DNA of 35,992 nt from Candidatus Stahliibacteriota bacterium (GTDB lineage: Bacteria; Hydrothermota; Tepidihabitantia; SM23-42), in the NCBI GenBank assembly GCA_030606265.1, contig JAUWGT010000003.1, positions 1 through 35,992 of the forward strand, written 5' to 3'. Positions 16,048 to 26,237 of the stretch are shown here, one piece after another. The stretch's first letter is position 1, and each line of letters opens with the position of its first letter. Position numbers and translations under genes: made by a program. The notes below the pieces were generated by a model. The model was not told where the DNA came from. It was given only the letters and a program-made list of their open reading frames with translations, and searched no databases.

Positions 16048-18186
16048 ATAAAGCTATTTGTTTTATTTTTCATTATTACATCTGTCTCAGCGCACGTTCT
16101 AAATATCACAGTACCGGCGCCGTATTATCAGATCGTAGATGATAGAATTATTGCAGAAAACTGCGTCTATATTAACCCACCTGGTGCACCAAACCTGCCG
16201 GGTCGAAAAATATCCATTGCATTACCACCAGGCGCGCTTGTGCAATCTGTCAGTTTTTATGGTTCGCGAAAAAGGATTGCGCACGTGGCAATACCTCCTG
16301 CGCAACCGGCTTTACCCATGGTGAATGATGATGTGGCGAAAAGTCTTTTGAAACGATTTGAATATCTAAAAAACGAATACAGAAATTCTAAGGTGATTTA
16401 TCCGGAGGGTTATGGCGTATTACTGTCAAAAGGTGGTTTGAGGAAATACGTATTGGCTGATATTATCTGCAATCATTTTGCTTATGAGCCATCGACCAAG
16501 ACCCTCTACTGTACTGAGGACATCAATGTACAAATACACTATGAACTACCAGCCCAGCAGAGCGAAAGAGCGCATTTTTGGCAAGGTCTGCTCAATGATA
16601 TTACTTATGACAAAATTGTCCAGGGGTTCATTCATAATTGGGAGCAAGCAAAAGTGTGGTATCATACTGATGCACCACAAAGGGCAAATGGTTATTATAT
16701 AATAATCCCATCAGCACTGCAGAATTCAGTCGACACCTTGGTCATTCACCGACAAAACCAGGGGTATGATGTCAATGTTGTAACCAAGGAATATATTGAG
16801 GCGAATGTTGCTGGCGATGATCTTCCGCAAAAGATAAGGAATTACCTGCGCATGAATATGGTAGATATCGAGGCAGCACTGCTCGTTGGTTTTGCAACCG
16901 ATTTACCATGGCGTTCACTTGTTCCCTTCAATAATTTACCATATAGCCCCTGGTATAATCCAGATTATTCACCCATACCAAGCGACTTGTACTATGCAGA
17001 GTTAACTGACCACGATACACTTTCCTGGAATAGTGACCGTGATTTCTATTATGGCGAGGTTTATGACGAAAATATGCAGCCTAATGGTGAAGACAACCCT
17101 GATTATCATGCAGATATTCACGTCGGCAGAATTCCCTTTAGCAATCCAAGTACAATACAAAATATATGTGAAAAGATGATCGCTTTTGATATCAATACAG
17201 ATATATCTTATAAGACTGCTCCTTTATTAGCCGGTGCATTGTATTATTTTGCCAATGAAAATAACGGTGGTAATGCAAGAATGGATGGTGCAGATTTTTG
17301 TGAACAGCTCTTGATTGATTCCATCTTCGAACGGGCAAATACCATATCACTCTACGAAAAAGCCGGCATTCACCCATGTACGATTTCGTGCACTGATTCT
17401 CTAACAAGAAACAATCATATTCTCTACTGGCAAAACAAAGGTGTCATGTATGAATGTCATCATGGTAACTACAATATGTATGCGCGTAAAGTCTGGGCAT
17501 GGGACGATGGTGACAGTATCCCCGAGAGCAATGAAATACAATGGCCGACCAGCTTGCATATGAGTGATGTCTATCAGCTCGACAATAACCACCCGGCAAC
17601 AACATTTTTGAGATCTTGTCTGTGCGGTAAACCTGAAGTCGCAAGTCTTGGGGCTCAGCTTTTGCACCATGGTTCTTCAGCTGTAATTAGCAGTTCACGG
17701 ATTTCCTGGATGACATATGCAGATCCCGGCGGCATACCCTATCACTTCTACGAAAGACTCGTAAAGGATACAACTTTAAGCAATGGGATTATTGGCAATG
17801 CATATGATATAGCTCGGACCGATTTTATGGATGTAACAGGATTTTGGTTGTGTGCTTACCATTATAACCTGTTTGGCGATCCGGCATTGCGCCAGTTTGG
17901 AAGATTTGTTGCAGTTGAAGAATCGGCTACGAAGAATATCATTACTTCTTTTTCAATATGCCCAAACCCTTCAACCGGACAAATAACGATCAGGTTAAAT
18001 ACTCCAGATAATAGGGAAATCAAACTTGACATATACGACAAAACAGGTCGCTTTGTTAATCAGTTTTATGCGGGATACCTAGAAGGTACTGATGCTGTGA
18101 ATATTGATTTACCAGCCGGTATTTATTTTATAAAGTTTACCGATGGTACTTTGACAGAATTTAAGAAAGTAGTAGTCATCAAATAG
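16048..18186 (+). CDS. Gingipain-like peptidase C25 with propeptide and T9SS-type C-terminal sorting domain; probable ATA start
   Basis: Propeptide PGAPNLP; IRNYLR, SDLYYAEL, VGRIP, HHG and SC catalytic dyad, YNLFGDP; C-terminal PNP...IYD..GR..LPAGIYF...KKVVVIK. Confidence 0.88.
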   Translation: MKLFVLFFIITSVSAHVLNITVPAPYYQIVDDRIIAENCVYINPPGAPNLPGRKISIALPPGALVQSVSFYGSRKRIAHVAIPPAQPALPMVNDDVAKSLLKRFEYLKNEYRNSKVIYPEGYGVLLSKGGLRKYVLADIICNHFAYEPSTKTLYCTEDINVQIHYELPAQQSERAHFWQGLLNDITYDKIVQGFIHNWEQAKVWYHTDAPQRANGYYIIIPSALQNSVDTLVIHRQNQGYDVNVVTKEYIEANVAGDDLPQKIRNYLRMNMVDIEAALLVGFATDLPWRSLVPFNNLPYSPWYNPDYSPIPSDLYYAELTDHDTLSWNSDRDFYYGEVYDENMQPNGEDNPDYHADIHVGRIPFSNPSTIQNICEKMIAFDINTDISYKTAPLLAGALYYFANENNGGNARMDGADFCEQLLIDSIFERANTISLYEKAGIHPCTISCTDSLTRNNHILYWQNKGVMYECHHGNYNMYARKVWAWDDGDSIPESNEIQWPTSLHMSDVYQLDNNHPATTFLRSCLCGKPEVASLGAQLLHHGSSAVISSSRISWMTYADPGGIPYHFYERLVKDTTLSNGIIGNAYDIARTDFMDVTGFWLCAYHYNLFGDPALRQFGRFVAVEESATKNIITSFSICPNPSTGQITIRLNTPDNREIKLDIYDKTGRFVNQFYAGYLEGTDAVNIDLPAGIYFIKFTDGTLTEFKKVVVIK

Positions 18187-18234
18187 CTCAAAAAGTCGCG
18201 TTTAAATATTATTGTGATTTGGCAGTCTGCATAA

Positions 18235-18456
18235 TCAAGAAGACCGTTTCTTCTTGGGTCGAGCTGCAAAGGCAACACCAACTATAATAATAATACCACC
18301 GCATATACCCATTAAGATAGAAGGGATATCATTTTTCATGATCCCTTCAATCGCATGTGCCATATTATACGCATGGATGGCATTGGTCTGTGTAATTCCA
18401 ATAATCAGAAGGATTACTCCAACTATGCCAATTATTATCCCCAAACTTCTCATCAT
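18235..18456 (-). CDS. Small two-TM membrane protein
   Basis: SD AAGGAGG, own promoter, two hydrophobic helices and a basic tail. Confidence 0.75.
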   Translation of the reverse strand: MMRSLGIIIGIVGVILLIIGITQTNAIHAYNMAHAIEGIMKNDIPSILMGICGGIIIIVGVAFAARPKKKRSS

Positions 18457-18482
18457 TGCCTCCTTTTAGTCTTGGTGGAGAT

Positions 18483-18510
18483 ATTGTATTGTGTAAAAAG
18501 AAAAAGTCAA
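18483..18510 (-). promoter_or_regulatory. Promoter for small membrane protein
   Basis: Minus strand TTGACT, 16-bp spacer, TACAAT. Confidence 0.6.
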
Positions 18511-18549
18511 GTAATAAAAATAGAAAAAAAAGTTGTTTTCTGGGAATTA

Positions 18550-18577
18550 TTGACTTTGGTTATTTTATGACTATAAT
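18550..18577 (+). promoter_or_regulatory. Promoter for tdh cluster
   Basis: TTGACT, 16-bp spacer, TATAAT; SD GGAG before ATG 18593. Confidence 0.7.
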
Positions 18578-18592
18578 TTACCTGGAGAAATC

Positions 18593-19645
18593 ATGGCAAA
18601 AATGAAAGCAGTTGTGAAAACGAAACCAGAACCAGGTGCTGAACTAGTTGAAATCGACATCCCTACACCAAAACCTGATGAGGTCCTAGTTAAAGTTCTG
18701 GCAACATCAATTTGTGGTACAGATTTACATATTTACGAGTGGAATAAATGGGCCCAGAACCGCATACGCAATATCCCCCAGGTCATGGGTCATGAATTAT
18801 GTGGCGAAGTTATTGAACTGGGAACAAATGTAAGAACCGTACAGAAAGGTGACGTAATTTCAGCTGAAACACACATCGCTTGCAATCATTGCTATCTCTG
18901 TCACACCGGCAATGCACATATTTGCATCAATGGTCGCATCTTTGGGGTTGATGTAAATGGTGTGTTCGCTGAATACGCAGTCGTGCCTTCATCCAATGCC
19001 TGGATATTAGATAAGAAAATCCCCAGAGATTTCGCGTCCGTAATGGAACCGTTGGGCAATGCAGTCCATACTGTCTTGGCTGGTGAAATCAACGGTAATA
19101 CTACCTTGATAACGGGTTGCGGTCCGATTGGAGTAATGAGCATCGCTGTTGCACGAATCTGCGGAGCGACAAAGATAATCGCTACCGACATAAATGAATA
19201 CCGACTCCAAATGGCAAAGAAAGCTGGTGCCGACCTGGTGCTCAATCCAAAAAAAGATGACATTGTACAAAGAGTATTGCAGGAAACCAATGGTCTGGGT
19301 ATTGATGTTGTTCTCGAAATGTCTGGAGTTTCCACTGCAATTCAACAAGGTTTTGATTGTCTACGTCCGGGTGGCAGATTTTCAATCCTCGGTATACCTG
19401 ACAAACCTATGGTGATAGATATCGGCAAAGCAATTGTCTTTAAATATGCTACTGTTCAAGGTATTAATGGTCGTCTTATGTTCTCGACCTGGCATAAAAC
19501 ATCACGTTTCTTGAGTTCGGGTCGGCTTAACCTGGACTCCATCATTACTCATCGTTTTCGTCTTGAAGAATTTGAAAAAGGTATGGAATTGATGAAATCT
19601 GGAAACTGCGGTAAAATACTGCTTTACCCCCACCCGAAAGACTAA
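18593..19645 (+). CDS. tdh: L-threonine 3-dehydrogenase (Zn-dependent)
   Basis: TSICGTDLHIYEW, GHE, C..C..C.......C structural Zn site, EPLGNAVHT, GCGPIG, GINGR.MF.TW, ITHRF. Confidence 0.93.
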   Translation: MAKMKAVVKTKPEPGAELVEIDIPTPKPDEVLVKVLATSICGTDLHIYEWNKWAQNRIRNIPQVMGHELCGEVIELGTNVRTVQKGDVISAETHIACNHCYLCHTGNAHICINGRIFGVDVNGVFAEYAVVPSSNAWILDKKIPRDFASVMEPLGNAVHTVLAGEINGNTTLITGCGPIGVMSIAVARICGATKIIATDINEYRLQMAKKAGADLVLNPKKDDIVQRVLQETNGLGIDVVLEMSGVSTAIQQGFDCLRPGGRFSILGIPDKPMVIDIGKAIVFKYATVQGINGRLMFSTWHKTSRFLSSGRLNLDSIITHRFRLEEFEKGMELMKSGNCGKILLYPHPKD

Positions 19646-19691
19646 TGAACTTCTCGATGCGCTTCGCTTACTCGAAGAAAAATTGTTATTC

Positions 19692-19885
19692 ACCCTCACC
19701 CCCGTATCAAGTACGGGGCAGGCTCTTACCCTCTCCCATCAAGAGGCTGTCGAAAAACTCCGCTTGTCATTGCGAGCGAACGAAGTGAGCATGGCAATCT
19801 CATTAATTCTCAATGCTCTCATAAGATTGCTTCGTCGTTTCACTCCTCGCAATGACGTTTATCGACAGGCTCATCAAGGGGAAGG
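19692..19885. repeat. Nested REP-like hairpin (CCCTCACCC...CCCTCTCCC..GGGGAAGG) interrupted by other palindromes
   Basis: Contains the CCCCGTA-TCAAG-TACGGGG palindrome and the MITE listed next. Confidence 0.6.
19743..19872. mobile_element. 130-bp MITE-like element
   Basis: 16-bp terminal IR GAGGCTGTCGAAAAAC / GTTTATCGACAGGCTC (14/16 match); flanking direct repeat ATCAA; internal GTCATTGCGAG...CTCGCAATGAC palindrome. Confidence 0.7.
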
Positions 19886-19926
19886 AAATATTATGATGTA
19901 TGGCTTACCCGCAATAACAGGATGAG

Positions 19927-20280
19927 ATGATCAAAGGAATTGGTGTCGACATTAACAGGATAAAAAGGTATAATAATGTAAAAAACAAAGACAGATTCCT
20001 GAAACAGTTCTTAAATAACGAAGAGATATCTGAAGCAAATAAAACAAATAATAAAAACCACTACCCGATGGCGCTTTTCGCAATAAAAGAAGCTATTTTC
20101 AAGGCTTTCAAAATAGGATTGTATTTTGGTTCTTACTGGTACGATATTAGTATTAGAAAAGATTTCAAAGTAAATTTATCTGGCTATTTTGGGAAAATGA
20201 TAAAAAGCAGGACAAGAATTTTGGTTTCCAAGACTTGTTCAAAGCAATATGCATTGAGTTTGGCTCTTATCGAAGAATAG
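19927..20280 (+). CDS. acpS: AcpS-type 4'-phosphopantetheinyl transferase
   Basis: IKGIGVDI, FL...EI, FAIKEAIFKA; 117 aa. Confidence 0.85.
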   Translation: MIKGIGVDINRIKRYNNVKNKDRFLKQFLNNEEISEANKTNNKNHYPMALFAIKEAIFKAFKIGLYFGSYWYDISIRKDFKVNLSGYFGKMIKSRTRILVSKTCSKQYALSLALIEE

Positions 20281-20288
20281 GAGGTACT

Positions 20289-21989
20289 ATGGGCAATATA
20301 GGTTCATATGAAGAAAAGTACAGAAATTTCGACTGGAAGATATCTGAACAGGAACTCGAATATGGAAAAGATGGTATGTATAACCTTGCCCATTATTGTT
20401 GCGACCGCATCTGTGAAAAAGGTAATGGTGAAAAACTGGCGCTTCTTTGGGAAGGTTTTAAAGGTGAAGAAAAAGAATTTACGTATCATGATCTAAGCGT
20501 ATATAGCAATGTGTTCGCGAAGCATTTACAGGATATTGGATTAAAACCAGGAGACCGTATCTGCTTATTCATGGAACGTATACCTGAGCTTTTTATCTCT
20601 TTTTTGGGGACTTTGAAAATGGGTGGTATCGTACAACCCCTCTTTTCAGCTTTTGGGGAAGATGCCTTATTTACCCGATTAGAAGATGCCGGGACTAAAG
20701 CAATATTCACAACGAGAAAACATGTTAGGAAAATCAGGAGGATCCGGGACAAACTCCCTGCTCTGGCAAAAGTAATAATTGTCGATGCTGGCGATAAACC
20801 CTTGGAAAAAGATGAAATCGCTTTTTCCATGGAGGCTGCTCCAAAGCCAAAGAATTTTGAAGTTTACAAAGCTAGTCCAGAAACACCTTCAGTTCTCCAC
20901 TATACATCGGGAACAACCGGTAAACCAAAAGGCGCCCAGCACGTTCATGCTTCAATAATTGCTCAGTATATTACGACAAAATGGGCGCTTGATGTTAAAC
21001 CCGATGATATCTACTGGTGCACCGCTGACCCTGGCTGGGTAACTGGAACATCGTACGGCATCATCGGTCCCTGGTCAAACGGCACAACACAAGTAATCCT
21101 CGACTCCGGGTTCAGTTCTGCGAAGTGGTATCAATTTATTGAGAAACATAAGGTCACTGTATGGTACACAGCACCAACTGCCATTCGTTTGCTCATGAAA
21201 GATGGTACTGAAGTAGTGAGAAAATTTGATCTTTCTTGCCTTAGACACCTGATCAGTGTTGGCGAACCGCTCAATGCTGAGGCGGTAATATGGTCAAAAG
21301 AAGCTTTTGGTAAACCATTTTATGATTCGTATTGGCAAACAGAAACTGGCGCCATTGTTATCACGAATTATCCAGGCATGGAGGTTAAACCTGGCTCCAT
21401 GGGTAAGGCATTCCCTGGTATTAAGGCAATAGTTGTCGATCAAGAAACCTTTGAGCCAATAACAACACCAGGAACAGTCGGTCTCATTGCGCTTAAACCA
21501 AGCTGGCCATCCATGTTCCGGACCTACTGGAACAACAAGAAAATGTACGACAGCAAATTCAAAAAAGGCTGGTATATCTGTGGGGATCGTTCAAGCATTG
21601 ATGATAACGGTTATTTCTGGTTTGTCGGACGTGATGATGACGTGATAAATACAGGTGGCCATCTTGTTGGTCCTTTTGAAATTGAATCAGCGCTTTTAGA
21701 ACATGAAGCGATCGCTGAATCAGCAGCTGTCGGCAAACCCGACCCGGTTAATATGGAAGTGGTAAAAGCATTTATTGCTCTAAAAGCAGGGTTTGAACCG
21801 AACGCTGATTTGGAATTGAGTATCATGAATTTTATAAGAAAAAAATTATCGCCTCTCGCCATGCCACAGGAAATAGAATTCGTAAAATCTCTACCTAAAA
21901 CAAGAAGCGGTAAGATAATGAGACGACTTCTCCGCGCCAAGGAATGGGGTGAAGAAATCGGTGATACATCTACCTTAGAAGATGATTAA
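20289..21989 (+). CDS. acsA: Acetate--CoA ligase-like AMP-forming acyl ligase (start corrected to ATG 20289)
   Basis: YTSGTTGKPKG, WCTADPGWVTG, SVGEPLN, YWQTETG, GR.DD, PKTRSGKIMRR; SD AGGAGG. Confidence 0.85.
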   Translation: MGNIGSYEEKYRNFDWKISEQELEYGKDGMYNLAHYCCDRICEKGNGEKLALLWEGFKGEEKEFTYHDLSVYSNVFAKHLQDIGLKPGDRICLFMERIPELFISFLGTLKMGGIVQPLFSAFGEDALFTRLEDAGTKAIFTTRKHVRKIRRIRDKLPALAKVIIVDAGDKPLEKDEIAFSMEAAPKPKNFEVYKASPETPSVLHYTSGTTGKPKGAQHVHASIIAQYITTKWALDVKPDDIYWCTADPGWVTGTSYGIIGPWSNGTTQVILDSGFSSAKWYQFIEKHKVTVWYTAPTAIRLLMKDGTEVVRKFDLSCLRHLISVGEPLNAEAVIWSKEAFGKPFYDSYWQTETGAIVITNYPGMEVKPGSMGKAFPGIKAIVVDQETFEPITTPGTVGLIALKPSWPSMFRTYWNNKKMYDSKFKKGWYICGDRSSIDDNGYFWFVGRDDDVINTGGHLVGPFEIESALLEHEAIAESAAVGKPDPVNMEVVKAFIALKAGFEPNADLELSIMNFIRKKLSPLAMPQEIEFVKSLPKTRSGKIMRRLLRAKEWGEEIGDTSTLEDD

Positions 21990-22046
21990 AACAAAAGTTA
22001 CTATAATGCAAAAATGCTTAAAGATGTTAGAATTTACCATTATAAT

Positions 22047-22082
22047 TTTAGGTATTTAGGTGTTTAGGCATTTTAGGTATTT
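22047..22082. repeat. Short tandem 8-9-mer repeat (TTTAGGyr x4)
   Basis: TTTAGGTA TTTAGGTG TTTAGGCA TTTTAGGTA. Confidence 0.6.
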
Positions 22083-22102
22083 GATTTATTCGAGGAGGAA
22101 TT

Positions 22103-22357
22103 GTGAGTGAAGAAACTAAGAACTTAATCATTGATTATGTAAAAAAAGAGTATCTAGAAGAAGAAGATGAGCAAGAAGTCGATGAGAACACACCGTTAAT
22201 TTCCAGCGGTATTGTTGATTCTTTTTCAATGGTTTCTCTAAAAATGTTTCTGGAAAAGAAATTTAGCGTTAAAATCCCCGATGAGAAAGCAACAACTGAA
22301 GCCTTTGACTCGGTAAATAATATTATGGATCTTCTCAAAGAGTTTAATGTCAGATGA
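22103..22357 (+). CDS. Acyl carrier protein (stand-alone)
   Basis: 84 aa, acidic; GIVDSFSMV phosphopantetheine site; SD GAGGAGG; GTG start. Confidence 0.92.
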   Translation: MSEETKNLIIDYVKKEYLEEEDEQEVDENTPLISSGIVDSFSMVSLKMFLEKKFSVKIPDEKATTEAFDSVNNIMDLLKEFNVR

Positions 22358-22366
22358 GGAGGTATA

Positions 22367-23614
22367 ATGGCTTATAGCGATAAAGCAAAAGATTTTTACA
22401 AAAGTGAACTGAGCGGAATGCATAAAGCCGGCACTTTTAAAGAAGAAAGGTTTATTGAATCACCCCAAGCGGCAAATATCTCGGTTGAATACCCGGTTGG
22501 GTCTCCTCCAAAAGAGGTTTTGAACTTCTGTGCAAATAACTACCTTGGTCTTTCCAGCCATCCAGAAGTTGTAAAAGCTGCCCATGAAGGACTTGACAGC
22601 AGAGGATATGGTATGTCTTCAGTCCGCTTTATTTGCGGTACCCAGGATATCCATGATAAGCTTGAGAAGAAACTGAGTGAGTTTCTTGGCACTGAAGCTA
22701 CCGTGCTTTTTGCTTCGTGCATGGATGCTAATGCCGGTGTATTTGATGTCGTGCTCGGGAAAGAAGATGCGATGATCTCTGATCGTCTGGTTCATGCTTC
22801 TATCGTTGACGGCATGCGTCTGTGCAAAGCTCAGTTATATAATTACAAACACTCTAATATGGATCATCTTGAGGAAAAGCTGAAGGAAACTCAAGATTGT
22901 CGATTCCGCATGATTATCACGGATGGTGTATTTTCCATGGATGGTGATATTGCTAAGCTCGACAAAATTGTGGAACTCGCAAAGAAATATGATGCCATGG
23001 TCATGGTCGATGACTCACATGCGACAGGTTTTATGGGTAAAAATGGTCGCGGCACTCACGAACACTGTGGCGTGCTTGGAGAAATAGATATTATCACCAC
23101 AACCCTTGGCAAAGCATTGGGTGGAGCATCAGGTGGCTGCGTAAGCGGACCAAAAGAAATCGTCGACCTCTGTCGACAGCGTGCCCGTCCTTATCTCTTC
23201 TCCAATACTGTACCACCGGTTATTATTACGGCAGCGAACAAAGTAATAGATTTGATTTCCAAAACAACTGACCGCCGGGATAAACTGGAAGAGAACACGA
23301 AGTACTTCAGGGAAAAAATAACAACTTCAGGTTTTGACATCAAAGAAGGTGTCCACGCCATTGTACCGATAATGCTGTACAATGCGAAGCTCGCTCAGGA
23401 TATGGCGCGTGATATGTATAGTGAAGGCATCTACGTTATCGGCTTTTCTTTCCCAGTAGTGGCAAAAGGCCAGGCAAGAATCCGAGTCCAGATATCCGCC
23501 GGTCACGAAAAAGAGCATCTTGATAAAGCAATCGCTGCATTCACCAAAGTAGGTGAAAAATACAAGATACTTGGAAAAGGGAAAAAAGAAATAATTGAAA
23601 TGTACGGATATTAA
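22367..23614 (+). CDS. kbl: Glycine C-acetyltransferase (2-amino-3-ketobutyrate CoA ligase)
   Basis: NFCANNYLGL, SVRFICGTQDIH, DGVFSMDG, DDSHATG, TLGKALGGASGG, RPYLFSN, ARIRVQISA. Confidence 0.92.
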   Translation: MAYSDKAKDFYKSELSGMHKAGTFKEERFIESPQAANISVEYPVGSPPKEVLNFCANNYLGLSSHPEVVKAAHEGLDSRGYGMSSVRFICGTQDIHDKLEKKLSEFLGTEATVLFASCMDANAGVFDVVLGKEDAMISDRLVHASIVDGMRLCKAQLYNYKHSNMDHLEEKLKETQDCRFRMIITDGVFSMDGDIAKLDKIVELAKKYDAMVMVDDSHATGFMGKNGRGTHEHCGVLGEIDIITTTLGKALGGASGGCVSGPKEIVDLCRQRARPYLFSNTVPPVIITAANKVIDLISKTTDRRDKLEENTKYFREKITTSGFDIKEGVHAIVPIMLYNAKLAQDMARDMYSEGIYVIGFSFPVVAKGQARIRVQISAGHEKEHLDKAIAAFTKVGEKYKILGKGKKEIIEMYGY

Positions 23615-23780
23615 TCCGCTTGAAGCGGATTTGGTTACGTTTGCCGGTTGCGTTGAACGAAATGCGAAACGGTTGCGTAGTCGGGATTTGTTTTGGACAA
23701 AATACGCCAAACGAATATCGACAACGAATCGCTTTTCGAAACCAAGAACCGCGTTTCGAGTTATCGAAGATTAGTAAACT

Positions 23781-24910
23781 ATGACTAATAATACAGCAGA
23801 TGTCATCATAATCGGCGGTGGTATAATAGGATGTGCCACGGGTTTTTATTTAGCAGAAAAAGGATTGAAGGTTTACCTGCTTGAGAAAGACTATCTGACC
23901 GCTGGATCTACAGGTCGCTGCATCGGTGGTATTCGGCAACAGTTTTCCACTAAACTCAGTATCAGAGTAGCCATGGAATCGATGAAAAAATTTGAGTCCA
24001 TGACCGAGGTATTAGATCAGGATGTTGAATTCCATCGCGGTGGCTATCTATTTTTGGCCCATAGTGAAGCTAAGAAAACAACCTATCTTGAATTGATCAA
24101 ATTGCAACAAAGTATGGGGCTTGATGTCGACTATATCAGTCGCGATGACATCGAAAAAATCGTACCAGGTATAAGCACGGATGATTTATTAGGTGGTGCT
24201 TACTGTCCAAGTGATGCTCAGGCAAACCCATTCTTATGTGTTGATGGCTATGCGAAACATATAAGAAAAAACGGCGCAGTCATCCCCCATAAAGAAATCA
24301 CCAGCATAAATATCAAAGCTGGCAAAGTGAGATCAATAACGACCAATGATAATGAAACATATTATGCACCAATAATCGTTAATGCTGCAGGTCCGTTCGT
24401 AAAAAACGTTGCACAACTCGTCGACATTGATGTACCTATTGAAGCAGAACGCCATGAAGCTTTGATAACTGAACCCATGGAAAGATTCTTTGATATGATG
24501 ATCGTTGATTACCGCAATGATGGATGCTACTTTAACCAGAAGTGGGGTAAAGGGAGTATTATTGGTTGCTACACACCCAAACCAAATGCCCCTGGTCAAA
24601 GCTTAGGTACTTCATTTGAATTTGTCAAGGAAATGGGACGACGAACTGGTCGCTTAATCCCCGGATTGGCAAACATAAAGATTATTCGTCAATGGTCAGG
24701 GAGTTACGAAATGACCCCAGATGGTAATCCAATCCTTGACAAAACCGATATCCAGGGGTTTTATATTGTCGGCGGCATGTGCGGTCATGGGTTTATGTTA
24801 GGACCAGAGATTGGCTCGCTCGCCGCTGATTTCATCGCCGAAGGAAAAACTTCTTATGACATCAGCACCTTTGCCCTGAAACGAGATTATACCAGTAAAG
24901 AAGTGATGAA

Positions 24911-24914
<4 letters not shown>
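23781..24914 (+). CDS. FAD-dependent amino-acid oxidoreductase (DAO family; proline dehydrogenase/sarcosine oxidase beta-like)
   Basis: GGGIIG FAD motif, GSTGRCIGGIRQQFS, RQWSG.Y.MTPDGNP, GHGFM. Confidence 0.88.
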
Positions 24915-26019
<1,105 letters not shown>

Positions 26020-26177
26020 TTAATATCGACATTCATCCCCACTATATCTTGTCAATATCGCCTTATATTACCCTACAATATTTTGCACCATAAATATCTC
26101 AGTTGGGAATTCTACAAAAGAAGCAATGTGTTAAACCTTATTTTTAAGCAATTTGCTCTTTGTTATCAAATTGCCTC

Positions 26178-26205
26178 TTGACATATAAATAATTATATAT
26201 ATAAT
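26178..26205 (+). promoter_or_regulatory. Promoter for pilMNOPQ
   Basis: TTGACA, 16-bp spacer, TATAAT; SD AAGGAG. Confidence 0.7.
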
Positions 26206-26237
26206 AATGCAAAATATGAAAATAAAAAGGAGTAGCC

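Noticed and set aside
19683-19925. 80-aa ORF between tdh and acpS
   Set aside because: Translation of nested palindromic repeats/MITE.
22047-22082. CRISPR array or telomere-like repeat
   Set aside because: Units are 8-9 nt with no spacers; no cas genes; no CRISPR-like repeats seen anywhere in the window.
19927-23614. Sphingolipid (Spt) or biotin (BioF) biosynthesis cluster
   Set aside because: The oxoamine synthase has Kbl-specific motifs (SVRFICGTQ, RPYLFSN) and sits with tdh; the ligase resembles acetate-type rather than long-chain enzymes.
23327-23710. 127-aa minus-strand ORF
   Set aside because: Mostly antisense to kbl; no recognisable features.
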